A stretch of DNA of 64,000 nucleotides from Antedon mediterranea (GCF_964355755.1 NC_092679.1:19389432-19453431); one strand, 5' to 3'. Shown: positions 12,757-27,219, numbered from the stretch's first letter. Numbers and translations: made by a program. Notes: generated by a model not told the origin, from the sequence alone.

Positions 12757-12945
12757 AAATATTGCGGTTAGTTGTGCATTGTTTAAAATAACTGGAACCC
12801 TGGTGTTCAGATTTGCTTGTTGATCGTCACCCGATCGGATAGCTTTATGCCCCTCTGATGCTCCGTATGGGTAGAAATCTCCCCTACGTAGGCCAAGTAC
12901 TGTTGTTGCCAGGCCTAGCAGCAATACCTGCCCGAGGGAACCCAT
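12757..12945 (-). CDS. NID: Nidogen (entactin) coding exon 1: signal peptide and start of G1/NIDO region
   Basis: ATG at 12945; MGSLGQVLLLGLATTVLG hydrophobic leader, then LRRGDFYPYGASEGH...GDD, matching the nidogen N-terminal FPFG...GDD pattern; ends TTT|GTAAGT, phase 0. Confidence 0.88.
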
Positions 12946-14424
12946 TTCTGTTCACCTTTACGATGTTTGACTTCGTGATTTACAAAAGAGGCAAGACAAG
13001 AGGCACTGGCCTGAGCTTTAACACAATACAAGTGCTTAACTAAATCTCAAAGTTTAGAACCGGAGCAAATCTGGGCTGTTCCACTTTGTAAAAGGGGAGT
13101 TTCGCTTTTCTTCTGAACAAAATCAACAGGTCGTTCTTGTGGGAAATAATAATAATTATTATAGCATAAATTGTAGCATGTATTAACCTGAATATGTATC
13201 CCTGAGTTGTTTTTTTTTTAACAGAAAAAATAAAGCCAGGTGTGAGTTAATTTTCAAATTAACACATACACCTGTATTCAAACGTTTGCTAAATGAACAG
13301 GAATGTATAGATATGCGTTTATAAACAAATTCGTTTATATATCTTTAACTATCTTCTATTTGTTATTTAATAGATTTGTTGTACGTTCAACGTAATGTTA
13401 CTTCGGTAAGCCATGTTATTTTGGTTCATAAATTGTATTCGAAAGCACATTAATAAGGTAAGCATATATGATTTGTTTTAATCAACACACATACATTTTG
13501 TTAAATGTCGATTTTAGCGGCCTCCCCGTCCATACAGATCGTGCGACTATGAATTGCGCCGATGGAATTCAAATTTTGAATGGAAACTCTCCCATTCTCG
13601 TTCTTCTTTCTTATGGGAACACGTTTCATTCTATTCACAATTTTACTTCGTTTACTCAGCAAATATCAAGATGCCAACGGGAAAATCAAAACAATTAAAC
13701 TTTGTAAAGATTTCAGAATAATGAGACCTGTTTCCAAGGTAACGTTTGTGTAAAGAGTGTTGCGAACAATGTACGTACCGCGCTTCGAAATTGTTGATAA
13801 TCCTAAAATTGATTTTCGTAAGTCAAATTTTTACCATACAGTCGCCGCATGATTATTTTCGCCAATTAATCAGTAATTGTCGTAATCATTACGCCAAAGA
13901 TTACCGTACTTATAAGATATTCTTTAATGATTTTGGACTTTTTTAGAAAGTTTCCGGGTTTTAAAGACCCGCATGCGCCACATCAATTTAGCTGTATATA
14001 CACAGAAGAAGTTCATTAATTCATTCACATATAAGTCAAGTTTAGGTATCTCCTCTCTACTTTGCAAAAAGATAACATTTCTAAAGGAGGATATAACCAC
14101 CAAAATAATCTAGCATGCTATACTAATAAACTGAATGTATTTGAGGTCATAGTCATGTAGTCGTATAAAACACTGGTAATAAAAAACACGTATATATGTG
14201 ATAGTTTATCGCTCGCGACACTTGGTGTCAAAAGATCAACATATTTAATTATAACTAGGGGATTTCTTTGTTTTAAAAACTTTCACTTCAGTTATAGGAG
14301 ATGAATAACTGTTTAGAAATGTCTTACCCATACGCGGGGGTTCGCTTGTTTTTTTTTTTCTTCCCGAGTGAAATTCAAGAGCTAAACATTTTCGAATGCA
14401 CCTTTGCTGCATGGTATTTCATAA

Positions 14425-14590
14425 ATCTCTGTCTACACTATCAAACTAGTTTGATAAAAAAGGTGTGATGTGCCTAAATACGGTAGTTATATGCCCAAAC
14501 ATATTATGGTAGGTATATGACATCATCATGGCCATATATGGGCACATCACATTTTTTTGTCACATAAAATATGATAGTGTAGACAGAGCT
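14425..14590. mobile_element. Harbinger-type MITE family 'AGCTCTGTCTACACTATCAAAC' (representative copy)
   Basis: TIR ...GATAGTGTAGACAGAGCT followed by TAA; other full or partial copies at ~17403, 19880, 24169, 24814, 43165, 59427-59707 (two) and 60790. Confidence 0.8.
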
Positions 14591-15569
14591 TAAGCATCAG
14601 CTGATCACACACGCGTGCACATTGTACGAAATGATAAGGTTTTTATAATGTGTGATGATATTGTTGCCATTCATGGAGAGAAATGCGAAACTCGAGCGGT
14701 GGGGTATGAAATGACACAATCACTTTATTTCAACGCCAAGAAACCCACTCAATCGTGTGATTCGGAATTGTTACCCTTGTTCCTTACAAAATTAATCGCT
14801 GTTGTAGAAAACCTTCAAACTCCGGCTCATTTAACAAAAGGGTAACTTTTGTAAATGTTTCCAGGTAATGAGGTGCCGACAATGCGATCGGTAATAGTAA
14901 TATTCGTCATACTTTTGTAGTTTTGAGGTCAATCGATTATTTCATGTTGTTTTTTGTTTGTTTACAAGTTTGCATAAGTTTAGGAGGTATCTTTAAAATG
15001 ATTTTGTCAAATTGGTATCGTCAGCAAATATTTCCCCTGGGGCGCAATTTGGTCGCGTCAAATGCGATCAAAGCCAACTATGGTTTTAACAAAGATGATA
15101 TAGCGCAGCGGTGCTATGATTTTGGTTTTAGGCCTTCCTATATTGACATATATTGACATTATAGGCCTAATCGTTGCTATTGACCAAAAATGTGTTTGTC
15201 CGCATTGCGCAAACCGACTTTTCCACACTGCTTTGCATATTCAAACGATCCGAATGTTTACGAACGCGCATCATATTATATTTCAGATTTTTAGAAAATG
15301 TCGCACACGGAATTTACGCACACTTAACGTCTGCAAAGCCGTATTGTAGGCCTGCCGTAACTAGGCCTAATTGTTTACTACATTTGTTTTTTACAACTAG
15401 CATTGCTTTGTGGATTGTAAATGACGAGGCGTCAAGTTTGGAGACGTTCTCGCCGGATCATATTTTGTTTTTAAATTCAATTTATTCTTTCGGGGAGAGC
15501 TCAGTATTCGGAGGCGAACAGTGATACTATAGGCCCTAGTTATGTATTTTTTAGAGTAAACTCATTACT

Positions 15570-16106
15570 ATGAACTTTCAAACCGTAAGCCGACCAAATA
15601 TCGATAATTGGAATATTGACGATGCGCCTACGACGTCTGGATCGCCACCGTCAATTAGGAGCAGAACTCATCTACGGCCAACGTATGCTGATGAACCATA
15701 CGATATTCGAGCTATAGACCATTTGAATGGCAGATATATTGACTGTTCTATTGAATACAATTTCGATGAGGCTCTAGAGTCGCCATCGGCATCCCCAAAC
15801 TCTGCTGAGTCTTGTGACGTTTCCCTGCTGGACCGGCACCACAACCACCAAGCAGACTACAGCCTCAGAATTGCAGACGATGTTGATGAATGTGGTGATT
15901 ACTATGGAACGCATACTTTTCGAAATACAACGAAGAAATGCACCAGCGGCCCATCATACAATTGGAACTTAAATTTATTATCGAGAATATTAGCGAAGAC
16001 AAAGCGTTGTGTTCCACGGTACCCGGATGATATCTGCAGTCATCAGCAATTTGTATTCTTTTTCTTTCTAGGCATTTTTGGTATACTGTTCTTTTTGTGT
16101 TTTTAA
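15570..16106 (+). CDS. Intronless 178-aa ORF: acidic, Ser/Pro-rich body with a C-terminal hydrophobic segment (candidate tail-anchored membrane protein), family unrecognised
   Basis: Long non-repetitive ATG-to-TAA ORF, visibly more GC-rich than its flanks; ends FVFFFFLGIFGILFFLCF; AATAAA at ~16158; possible acceptor ttttttag at ~15554. Confidence 0.6.
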   Translation: MNFQTVSRPNIDNWNIDDAPTTSGSPPSIRSRTHLRPTYADEPYDIRAIDHLNGRYIDCSIEYNFDEALESPSASPNSAESCDVSLLDRHHNHQADYSLRIADDVDECGDYYGTHTFRNTTKKCTSGPSYNWNLNLLSRILAKTKRCVPRYPDDICSHQQFVFFFFLGIFGILFFLCF

Positions 16107-16858
16107 GGCGACCGTAATTAAATTAAGCTGGCTCTACGTCAGCACTATCGTATTTATAATAAATTGTCGTATTTCCTTAGTGATTTGTTTGATTTTTAAA
16201 ATGAGACTAATAAACGCCAAGCTATCCGCACCCCCGACCCTTATTACAAAATAATCGAAGAAATACGGTATTACAAAGAGGGCGGGTGACATTTTATTGA
16301 AATTGAAACAAAAATGCGTAGGCGACGATCAGTCATGAACAATGTGTTTGCTGCCCTCAAATCTGTTCTACACACGGAATACTCGCGTTTATTTTTCGAG
16401 TGGCATTCTCCAGTCTGATGCGTCAAATAATAACCTTATGTTCTGCACGAATATTACACGCGTACCGTATCATACACGAAATGTACAGTATACTGTAATG
16501 TAGATATTCCTCGATTATGAATGATAACCTATTATTAGAGCCGTTTCTTTGATGTAAAAATGATTAAGTGTCTAAAATCCAGTAGGCCTATTAAAGGTTA
16601 TTAAATATATTCTTGACTGAGATAAGCACTCAATCACAATAGTTGTTTGTGCTTCCAAAAGCTACCCCTACCAACTCAAAATATATTTGGTTTGTCAATG
16701 AATATGAAGTGTGAATATGTCTACTGCTGAGACACTTACAAGGCCTACTTGATGTGTAAAAAGGAAGAAACCTTGGTCTAACAGACAAGAATGTCCGGGA
16801 GTCTAATATAACATTCACATGTTGTCCTTTCAATTTCTAATATGCCCGTTAGTAAGTT

Positions 16859-16930
16859 AAATACATTTTGAACAATATGAATACATTTTGAACAATATGA
16901 ATACATTTTGAACAATATGAATACATTTTT
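16859..16930. repeat. 20-bp tandem repeat (AATACATTTTGAACAATATG) x ~3.5
   Basis: Read directly from the sequence. Confidence 0.9.
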
Positions 16931-19199
16931 CAAAATATTCAGCAATTTATGAACATTTTATTTGCGTTTAAATTTATAAATTCTCCAGAAATTATTTACT
17001 TACTTACAAATTTAACTCATCTCAATAGTAGATGTCTGTTCGCCATTTCCCTCTGTTCCATGGTTATGATATTTATCTTAATTGGATCAAATCTATTAAC
17101 TGAAAAACATTTGTTTTCGGACCTAAATTAGTGTATAGAGAATGACTTCTTGATGGATTACTGTAGAAAAAGTTTTAGTCATTTAGTTACAAAGAGCATA
17201 CACAAAGGTACGGTTCATTCAAATATAATACTCCCACGTCGTGAAACGTCTACTTGTTGAAACCATATAATGAAGCCGCCAGAGGATATGATTTCTAATG
17301 TTTTCTAAAACATAACATTAATCACATTCATTGTTTCATTAAGCAAGAATGATGTAAGTGCTGTATGTTATATGATTGGTATGACGCGAATTGAAAGTCT
17401 AAAGCTCTGTCCACACTATCAAACTAGTTTGACAAAAAAAGTGTGAGGAAGGCCTACCCAAATAATAATGGTAGTGATATGACATCATCATGTCCATATG
17501 GGCACATCACATTTTTGTCACATAAACTTTGATAGTGTAGAAACGGCCTAAAGGACTGTCTTTGTAAACCATTCCTCCAATGAAAGGAAACATGTCACAC
17601 ACTTTCCTAAAACACTGGAGACCACCTTAGAATTCAGTACATCATCATCTACATATTTTATTTCCATGTCGCTAATATCATACGCATAGACTCTATACAG
17701 CTCAATATGTCGGTCGGTTGGTCGGTCGGTAAACTATACAAAATACGAGCTCATGTATTATACGCCATATGTACCAAACTATTTATCTTTATCTCTAATT
17801 TATTTTACTAATATTTTGTAGTCATTCGAAGTTGTGTACTGAACTGAAAGCTTTAAATAACCCGTCTCTCCCTTTCTCTCTCCCTCTCCCTCCCTCTCAC
17901 AATCTCTGTACGGTCCAATTTAGTTATGAAAAGTAGTAGGCCTACTGGATCGAATTTAGAAAGAAATTTAACATTTAAACGCTTAAAAACAAACATTAAG
18001 ATGGGCTGGCCACATTTGGTTATATGGTTTTCAATAACTAAGACTAACTGTTTCTTCATATATGTATTAATTTTGATGTTCAATTTGTTTTTTATCACCT
18101 ATAGCAGTACTTTTTAAAATTGTTTTAAGAAGTAATTTTAACCAATTTTATACATATTTTGTAAATTGAAACGCAATTCAGCATTTTTGCTGCCATGTTT
18201 TAATCTTTTTAAATACCAATGAATAATAGCTGTTATGATCGAACAAGGTGGTTAACTGATTAATAGGGCACAATCTTTGGAATGATACGTTTAGCCGTTG
18301 GTCACATACATAATGCATTGTGTGCGCCAGAGCACGTAATTGTGAATTACACCAAGATGATACATTTATTTTTATTGTTATTTTATTTCGAAACCCAACC
18401 AACAGCAAAAAGAAATTTGCCAATAACATGAGGTTTAACACACAGAAACAAACAAATACAAATACAAAAGCGGATACAAATACATGTGATGATAGTTCGC
18501 AAACTAAATTAGCATTTTCATCGACAACTGCAAAATTTAATTTGTTGATTTAGATTGAAACTAATAATAAAAACATTCTATGATTGGTTTTGAACAAACC
18601 TAAAACTGAACAAAAACGTGAATAGAAAGTAACACAGCTCGATCGATTATTTAGAAATTGAATACATTTAAGACAAAAATGTCAAACACATTTTATTTAA
18701 AAAAGGGTAATTCATAGCATAGTTTCGGGTATTGCAAGCAATACTAGAGTACCGTAAAACATGCGTAACCAATGTATTTACGTTTACTAGACAGTGACGC
18801 CATTAACCCCACTCACTATACGTCTCATCCTTTTGTGTTTAAATAACTGTGATTCGATTTGATTCGAACATACGAGTATAATATTGTTGACACATTGAGT
18901 GGTCACCACTGTTACACCACGGGGCCATACTGGTGCTCTATACACTATGGTAATGGGAGAGAACGCTGTAAGTGGCTACAGGACATGACGAGACCATGAA
19001 ACGTGGTTCCCACTAGCGACGCAACGTAACGCAACATACGCAACGTTAGAAAATGCCCTTCCAATAATTGTGTTTGCCCCCGCCTGCGTGAAATAAAACT
19101 TGCGATGTTTACAACAGTATTGCGTCGTCGGTTCCCACTTGTGATTACGCAATACAGTACTTTGCGTCTAGTGGGAACCACGCTTTAGAGGAGAAACAT

Positions 19200-19285
19200 T
19201 GATGCATCTAGTCTAGTCCCAGAGCGCATTGAGCACTTTTTAGTAGATATGTGCGCTTTACAAATCTGATATATTATTAATATTA
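19200..19285 (+). mobile_element. L2-type LINE/SINE 3' tail
   Basis: agagcgcattgagcactttt...gcgctttacaaatct...tattattaatatta resembles the L2 3' stem-loop and tail; a more decayed look-alike at ~42980-43035. Confidence 0.45.
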
Positions 19286-21263
19286 CCCCTAGAGTGAATT
19301 ATATAAATGGTTACGTATAAATAGTATATTTAAAAAAATGAGTATATCTGTTTGGATTTAATGTCCTTCGCATAGAAAAATTGTAATCAACATGGGGTTA
19401 TCGACATTTGAATGTTATCTATTTTGAGTGATGTCGATTGATGAGATTAATTGTCATGTTCCTTGTCTTGTTTACTTTGTCTTATTGAGTCGAGGGACAC
19501 AATCACGCGTTGCATTGCATTTTAAATACACTGATTCATCAGAATTTAGCGATTCCGTGTAAATCGTGATTGAATATTGTATTCAGTGGATAGGCCTAAT
19601 GTACAATGTTTGTGTACAGTGCGTGCTTCATTAGAACCCCTATTGATGATGGGACATCTTCGGGACCTAACAAAGTTTCCTAATAATAGGAGTGTCCCTT
19701 TATTAGGAGTGCCTCTCTCTCTGAGTAGGTGAATTGGTAGTGTTAAAAAACACATTGTTTTCCTTCGCGCGTACGATAAGCCGTATAATAATTGTTTGCA
19801 CGCCGCGAGGAGTGGGTCTGTTCAGGTTTATTTACCCGAGTAAATTAGTTTCATGGGCCGATTATAAGTAATAAGTAAACCTCTGTCAACACTATCAAAC
19901 TAGTGTGATGTGCCCAAATATGGCAGTAATATGACTAAATATGGTAATGATATGACATCATCATGTCCATATATGGGCACATCACATTTTTTGTCATCAA
20001 CTTACTTGGGTAAATAACTAAGCCTGAACTTTTTTTTCTTCTTTTCTTACGATAACATTATTCTTATTTTACGCGAACTTATGTAATTTTTCTTTTGTTG
20101 TTTACACAAGTAAGGCATTCTGTCATTTATGAACAGCCTGTAATAATAAAGATTTAGCATAAACATAACATACGGTACACCATTTAAATTGGACAAATAA
20201 TGCAAATTATTTCGATAAATATACTTAAAATAAATCACATACTGTTATAGTACTATCAAAATTAAAAGGCACAACAAGTGATTTCAAACAGAATTGAAGT
20301 TATCAATTATTATTATTATTATTAGGTGTCGCGTCGGTGACAATACGAAGGAGACATTGCGTAAGTGTGTGTTTTGTAGTGTCACGTGTCCATTCACCCA
20401 TCCTCATACGCAGTTTAATACTGTATAAAAGTTTCTTGTTGTCTTTATTCGTGGTTCACTTTAAAACACAAACATAATGCTTTTAACACTATTTTTTGCT
20501 GATCGCGTAAATACACGCGTGTATGCGTTTACTGTAGCGCGCCATCTTAATTGAGTTATAATTAAAAATGGTGAACAATTTTCTGCAATAAGTTCTATTG
20601 AAATGGTATATCACACGTCACTGCTTCAGTCACTCTAAAGTACAGTATTAATTAGAAAAAGGTTATTGTTAGTTAGAGTGAGTTATGTCATAGTCTTTAG
20701 GTTTTTATAAAAAAAAAGACCAACGTTTCTAAAATGCGTCATTTTAAATGTATTAATTAATACAGTATTAAAGAAATATGTTGTAATGTTTCGTGAACAA
20801 TGCTTATATCAAAATAAACATCCTGAAATATACGTGTCAGATTGGTCTGAACGCAGTGCGTAATCAATTTTGCATACACGTCATCCGCACCTGTCGAAAT
20901 GAACTACAAAACGTGGTTAATAGGCTAGTGAGTGTTGAACCACTTTACTTGGACATTCATCAAACAAATTTAAGGGAAATTTAAAAATTAATGATGTCCA
21001 GCAGACTGGACCAATTAATTAGACCGCAAGTAATTTTGGTCAATGCATTTGCTTTAGTAAAAATATTTAAAATAAATAATACAATATAATTGAATTTAAT
21101 GTTACATTTAAATACGATTAAAATAACATGTAGTACTATACAATATTGCACAATACTATAACTCAAAAGTTAGATATATCTCGCAGTACCTTATCAATCA
21201 AACTGGAAAGGGCATTTTTAATCCACGCAGTGGCGCTATGACTGCTCTACCCTGCGTACCGCA

Positions 21264-21528
21264 TGACGTCATAAAACATTTGAGTCAATAAGAAAACTGG
21301 ATTCGTGGGACGGACATGAAGGAAAAACGGCGCGAATCAGAGAGCAGACAAGCTTAATAAAACTGACTTTCCCGTGTATTGTCATATTAACTGACTGGCA
21401 AGATTGATTGCTACTTGAGGGATATACCTATATGGTTGGTTTCTTCAAAAGAGAACTCTTTCATCATTTTCTTCAACTAAATAATCACATTGACTCATTC
21501 CTGCACAGAAGAAATCGACGCTTAACAG
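21264..21528 (+). promoter_or_regulatory. Candidate promoter and non-coding first exon of GPB gene A
   Basis: Perfect CRE TGACGTCA at 21264-21271 running into TAAAA; donor CAG|GTTAGT at 21529; the gene A ATG lies 1 nt after an acceptor, implying an upstream non-coding exon. Linking the two is inference. Confidence 0.4.
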
Positions 21529-24500
21529 GTTAGTACGAATTAATATTTGTTATAACTTATCACAGTATTCATATATCTATGCCTATTGATACATGGCCTG
21601 CGTATAAGCCAGTTTTATTCTTACTATAAAGGCCTATATAGTTTTACACTGAATATTCGTAAGGTCAGTGTTGAATGTGTTGAATGCATATCAATTTTTA
21701 GTTAGAGAGGACTGGTAGTCTTTCGCCGTATTACGTCAACAAAATATCTCATGCATGTGTTAGTTGTTTTAATTACTGAAAACCAATTTCTACTACTGTA
21801 CTTAATACCATACCTTGATCACTAGGAATAGTCACGCTATGGCTTACAATCGGTTTATGAAAACTAGGCCTTGCGACAATTAGTATTAGGCCTATGTTTA
21901 ATGTGTGCCAAATCCCCAACCGCACTAGGTTTTAAAGTCCAACTAACATAATAGAACCAACATTCGCCAAAAATATAGTATTATGCTATACACAAAATGT
22001 TGACTATTTAAAATTCATTCTTTTCGTGTTTTGTGGAAAGTAACTTTATGAGTGTAAAGATTCCGATTGTCTTTTTTAAATTTAGTGTTTTATTCAATCG
22101 TTTATGTTCAAAATGTCCTTTCTTTAAAATGACAACATTTTCAGTCAAAGATGCTTTAGAGTTGATATTTATGGCACATCACCAAACTATGCTATCGTTA
22201 GATGAGTGTACAATTTTCAAGTAAATTATGATGTTTTATAGACCTGTATGTGCTATATGTACTGAACGTATTTCACATCAAAATTCAGATTAGAATTCTC
22301 CCTTGATGTTTTGCTTGGAATTGGCGCAATGCAGTTATTTGATTATTATCAATTAAGTTTTTAAAGATGTTAAAGGTGTGTAGGCCCCCTAGTTCCATAA
22401 TTAAAGAATTAGGAGGAAATAAACCGGAATATTCTTCCGTAGCCGGAGGGCGGACATCGATGTATATATATTTATAGACATGGGTTAAAAGGTGAATACA
22501 ACTTAGGACTATATTACTAATGGAAACCTAAGTAAAGTAATAGATTTTGAACATTAACTAATATAATGAAATCTTCCTTTCTTTGACAAATGTTCTGCAA
22601 AATTGTAAAGCGTTCTTCATAGTTTATTTTTCAAATGATTGTTTTTTTGTAATATGTAGAGCATGAAATACAAAATTGTATTTTGAAATAAGGTTTTATC
22701 CAATAATTGTAGGCCTCAGTTTGTCTTTGTGTAATTGTTGATAAAAATAAAAACGTCACGTCCGTTCTTTTCCGATTGTAACAATACACCACTGGTATAC
22801 CACGCCAGTCCCATTCTTTGAACTCTTTTAATTTTAGATTTTCCAAATCTATACACTAATTATTTTTGCTTTAGTTATTTTATATTTCTTGTGCTTTAGT
22901 ACATACTTCAATTGAATCTAGGCTGATAATTTATAGTTGGCTCTTCTATACTGTTTATGCCTAATCATATTTATGACCTCAAAGGTAAATCAAAGTGTTT
23001 TATAGTTTTGGCCATTTCTACTGCGATGTGAAATTAAGTTTTCTATCTAGTTATAAAGTGTGACATAGGCCTAAAGGATAACACAATTTGGTACCAAATG
23101 TTTCAAGTTTACTGAAATCATCGAAATTGGTTTCACTATCGTTAAGTTATTAATATTATTTAATGTGGTAAATTAAAGTTACTATACTAACCAAACGCTT
23201 GCTTGTTTCCAAAATGACAGCGGTTGTTTTTGTATTTTGGTCCGCATAAACAGCATCTTACTAGAACGAATTTAATAGAAAGAACCATTTAAATTGTTTA
23301 AAATGAATTTTTCTTTTTCTAATTACTTTTTATTAAGGTCTAATAAGAAAGAATATGAGATAATGTACATTACATGTTGTAATATTCTCAGTTTCGGCCG
23401 TTGTTCTTGTTTTTCAGCTACTTGGACGTCATTCCATTTAGTTTGAAAAGCGTCGAATAATTTGTTATGAGATAAAGATTTGTACATAAAAAGATAACAG
23501 AAAAAAAGTGAGATAAAGAATATTGTATTCTAGTAAAGCAAGATAGTTTTAGAACATAATCTCATTTTAAATAAGCAAATCGAATTTTGGTTCGGTTAAA
23601 GACTTGTTCCAGATTAAGTTATTTAGTGTCGGAAGTTCTGTTGAGTTATTTTAACTTTTAACAAAACAGATACATTCAATATCCTACATAAATCTGGTAT
23701 GGAATCCGATTATTAAATTGGAAAAATAATGGTAAAAATATCAGAAACTATAGACCTAAAATTAAATAGGAAATGCCACAGGCCAGAGAGAAAACATGTC
23801 AAATAGAAATCACCAATGATCAATATTGTTTTTATATGTATATTAAACGCAAATGACGTTATTTTTTTAGGCACATCAATCAAAGTGTTATCATCTTAGC
23901 TTTAAAACGCGTTTTATCCAAATGATAGGAAACGCACCTGCCCGCATTAAAATACCTAATGAAGCTTAACCGATGTTTACTTAGTCTGTTGTAGGTTACC
24001 AAACTCAACCTAGAGGAAACAGAAACATAAACATCAATTATCAATGTCTTTGAGCTTTTATAATTAAAGTTTATTAACTTAAGGCGAGGCTCCCTTGTTT
24101 AAATCCTGTATGAGTCCACCCCAGATCACTTTATAATATTAGAGCAGTATAGAGCCACTTTTCTGTTAAGCTCTGTCTACACTATCAAACTAGTTTGACA
24201 AAAAAAGTGTGATGTTCCCAAATATGGTTGTGATATACCCAAATATGGTATATCTATATGGACACATTGCACTTGTTATGTACGGTATTTTGCTTGTTTT
24301 TGTATAATCTCAAAAGATTGTTTTGTATTTTATCACACGCCGGAAGGATAAGATATTTTTCTCAGTTAGTCCATTATAATCAAGAGGATGGAATTCTTTA
24401 TTCATTTCTTTAGTTGGTCAGTTTTTTAATTAAGATAAAGTACACAGTGTATTTTTTGTATTTCTTTTGGGAATGTCGTGTACTTTATGTTGAATCGATT

Positions 24501-25249
24501 TTATGGATTTATGAATGTACTTTGTTCATAATATAGATTTTAAATTTCTTAAATCTGCTTACGATATTATTATAAATTATGTGATAAAAATAGAAATTTC
24601 AAAATATTAGACCTTTAGCTATGATATCGGCATACTTGGAATTATGAATCAAGTGCCCCGGATTAACCGTATTATGAAATTTAATTAAATGTTGAGTATC
24701 AAGAATCTTACGAAAACATCGTTTTGATAAAAATGTTTATTAAAGGGCCTAACTGTAATGTCAGATACAAAACGTTTTAAACTATCCTATCCTTGATTTA
24801 TTTTCAAAAAGTAAGCTCTGTCTACACCATTAAACTGGTTTGACAAAAAAAGGTGTGATGTGTCCAAATATGGTAGTGATATGCCCAAATATGGTAGTGG
24901 AATGACATCATCATGTCCATACTTGGTAGTGGTATGACATCATCATGTTCATATATGGGCACATCACATTTTTTGTCACATAAAGTTTGATAGTGTAGAC
25001 AAGACTTCACCGATTTAAACAAATATGATTTTAGAAATCCACATTCTTGTACCACTTGTTAGATTTATCAAACTGTGCATAACTTCTCAATACCAACTCT
25101 GTGGATCATACACTTGCTTAATGTAAAACCTCAACTCAATATAATGTGTCCACTGAATAGGGTGAATAGGGGTGTCGTAATGGAAAAGTTCTACTGTACA
25201 CTACCTATCTGTTGTTACCTATCTGTAGTTAGGACATAGGTTTACCTAA

Positions 25250-25428
25250 AGCGTGGTTCCCACTAGCGACGCAACACAAGGACGTAACGCAACGCAAATG
25301 AATTGACCAATCACAAGCGATGGCTTATTCGCTTCTAATTGCTAACTATCTATAACTTCGCTTGTCATTGGTTAAAACGCTTGCGTTGCGTTTACGTCCT
25401 TGCGTTACGTTCTAGTGGGAACCAAGCT
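25250..25428. mobile_element. Harbinger-type MITE family 'AGC(G/T)TGGTTCCCACTAG'
   Basis: Long imperfect palindrome with TAA on both sides; other copies at ~19000, 26702, 27612, 54380-54655, 55083, 57620, 61988 and 62529. Confidence 0.85.
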
Positions 25429-26199
25429 TAAATAGGAGATTCGTTGGAATAGAAAACTGTATACTACTGCTTATTAGCAAACCATTGATTTCGAACACAC
25501 TTCATTTGGAGAGCTAGTCATCAAATCAAGGTCACTTTCTACAATTCCATAAACCACACTAATAGCCGATTCGATCTTTAAGATGTTTAACTAATGGCAC
25601 TATTATTGATAATTTGTTCCATTTTTTATAACCAGTAAAGTGGATAGACGTGATTTTTTAGTGACTAATTTTGTGTGAATTGTTTACCTAAATACCGGAA
25701 CATGTATTTATACATTAATGGGCGTGAACTTAGCTGTGTTCGTTGTAGATCAAATCAAAAGGTTGTCTGTCTGAACACGTCTTGTCTAATTGATATAGCA
25801 ATATAAGTAGTAAATTAATGTAAGTGAAGTGGTATATTAGGATTTATGTGACTTTCCGTGAGTTTACATTGTGAGTCACTGGATACTGTGTTAGAAATTC
25901 TAGGCCTACATCCATTCATCATTCATTATGAATAACAAAGTCGTTTTTTGTCGATATCTATAACACCATGTAATGCCTAGGCCAAATGTTAATAATTATT
26001 AGATAGGGCCTATATAGCGCAAATAAACGATGCGCTCGACAATAAAGAGAAAGAGTAGAAACCAAAAGGAAGAGAACAAAAAGACAAAAACAACAAATGT
26101 AAAAGAAGTTTCACAGATTTATCAATTACAGTATTTTAACAACAATTTATTTTTCTTTACCTTAATGTTACTAAATTATATTCCTCTTTCGTTTTCAGA

Positions 26200-26400
26200 A
26201 TGCAACTTTGGCGTGTCATACACTGGTTGTATTTGCTACCTTTGGTGTTTCTAGTGAGTACATTAATAGCAACCTCATCACAGGGACAGGCTTTAGGTTG
26301 TTCAATATTAAAGAATACACAATACGAAGCACATAAGCACGGCTGCCGGACACAAATTATACGAACAGATACGTGTGGAGGCAGATGTCACACGCATCAG
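26200..26400 (+). CDS. GPB5: Glycoprotein hormone beta-5-like subunit, gene A, coding exon 1 (signal peptide, Cys1-4)
   Basis: MQLWRVIHWLYLLPLVFLVSTLIATSSQG leader; GC...A.K.GCR...I.TDTCGGRCHTHQ parallels GPB5 GC...AKKPGCR...ITTDACWGRCETWE; acceptor ttttcag just before the ATG; donor CAG|GTATAA, phase 0. Confidence 0.9.
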
Positions 26401-26701
26401 GTATAAACAACAAATATATTATATACATTAAAAATGATTGATTATCTCTCATATACTATTACCTCAAGTTGCGTTTATATTGCCACATAGTACCACAGTA
26501 ACGAATCATTTATATACGATGTGACAGAAACAGACGTATCAACACTATGTTTCAAGCTTTTTTATTCTACTGCAGTTACTGCAGTACCTCGTTTTACTGC
26601 GTATGATTTTAAACTTGTCCCATGTAGAAGTTCAGGCAGTCACTGCATCGGCTTGCATATTGAAAAAGCTCCAAGTAAAAAAAAAGTGGCATGGTCCGTA
26701 A

Positions 26702-26880
26702 AGCGTGGTTCCCACTAGCGACGCAACGCAAGGACGTAATGCAACGCAAGTGAATTGACCAATCACAAGCGATGGCTTATTCGCTTGTGATTGCTAACTG
26801 TCTATAACTTCGCTTGTCATCGGTTAAAACGCTTGCGTTGCGTTTACGTCCTTGCGTTACGTTCTAGTGGGAACCAAGCT
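26702..26880. mobile_element. Same MITE family, inside the coding-region intron of GPB gene A
   Basis: Nearly identical to 25250-25428; TAA/TTA flanks. Confidence 0.85.
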
Positions 26881-27219
26881 TTACTATCGGAGCATTATTA
26901 TTTTAGGATGTGGGAATAATTACCATGGACAAATACCCACATAGACACAGTTTGTATTAGTGTGTTTTTATCATCACTATCTAAATATGCAAATTTAAAT
27001 TTGCATATATCTATGAGTGATGAAAGTTCAGTTTAGCGTTGAAACCGTTGATCAGCGTGGCGGACAAAATCGAAAAGTTAGAATTTTTGAAAACATATTG
27101 TAAACAAAACATTAATGAATATATAAATACATTACATTAATCAATCGTTCGATTTATATACAATGCATTATTTTTTTATCTTCATTCTTCTTTATTTTAT
27201 TTTTTTTTATCTTCTACAG

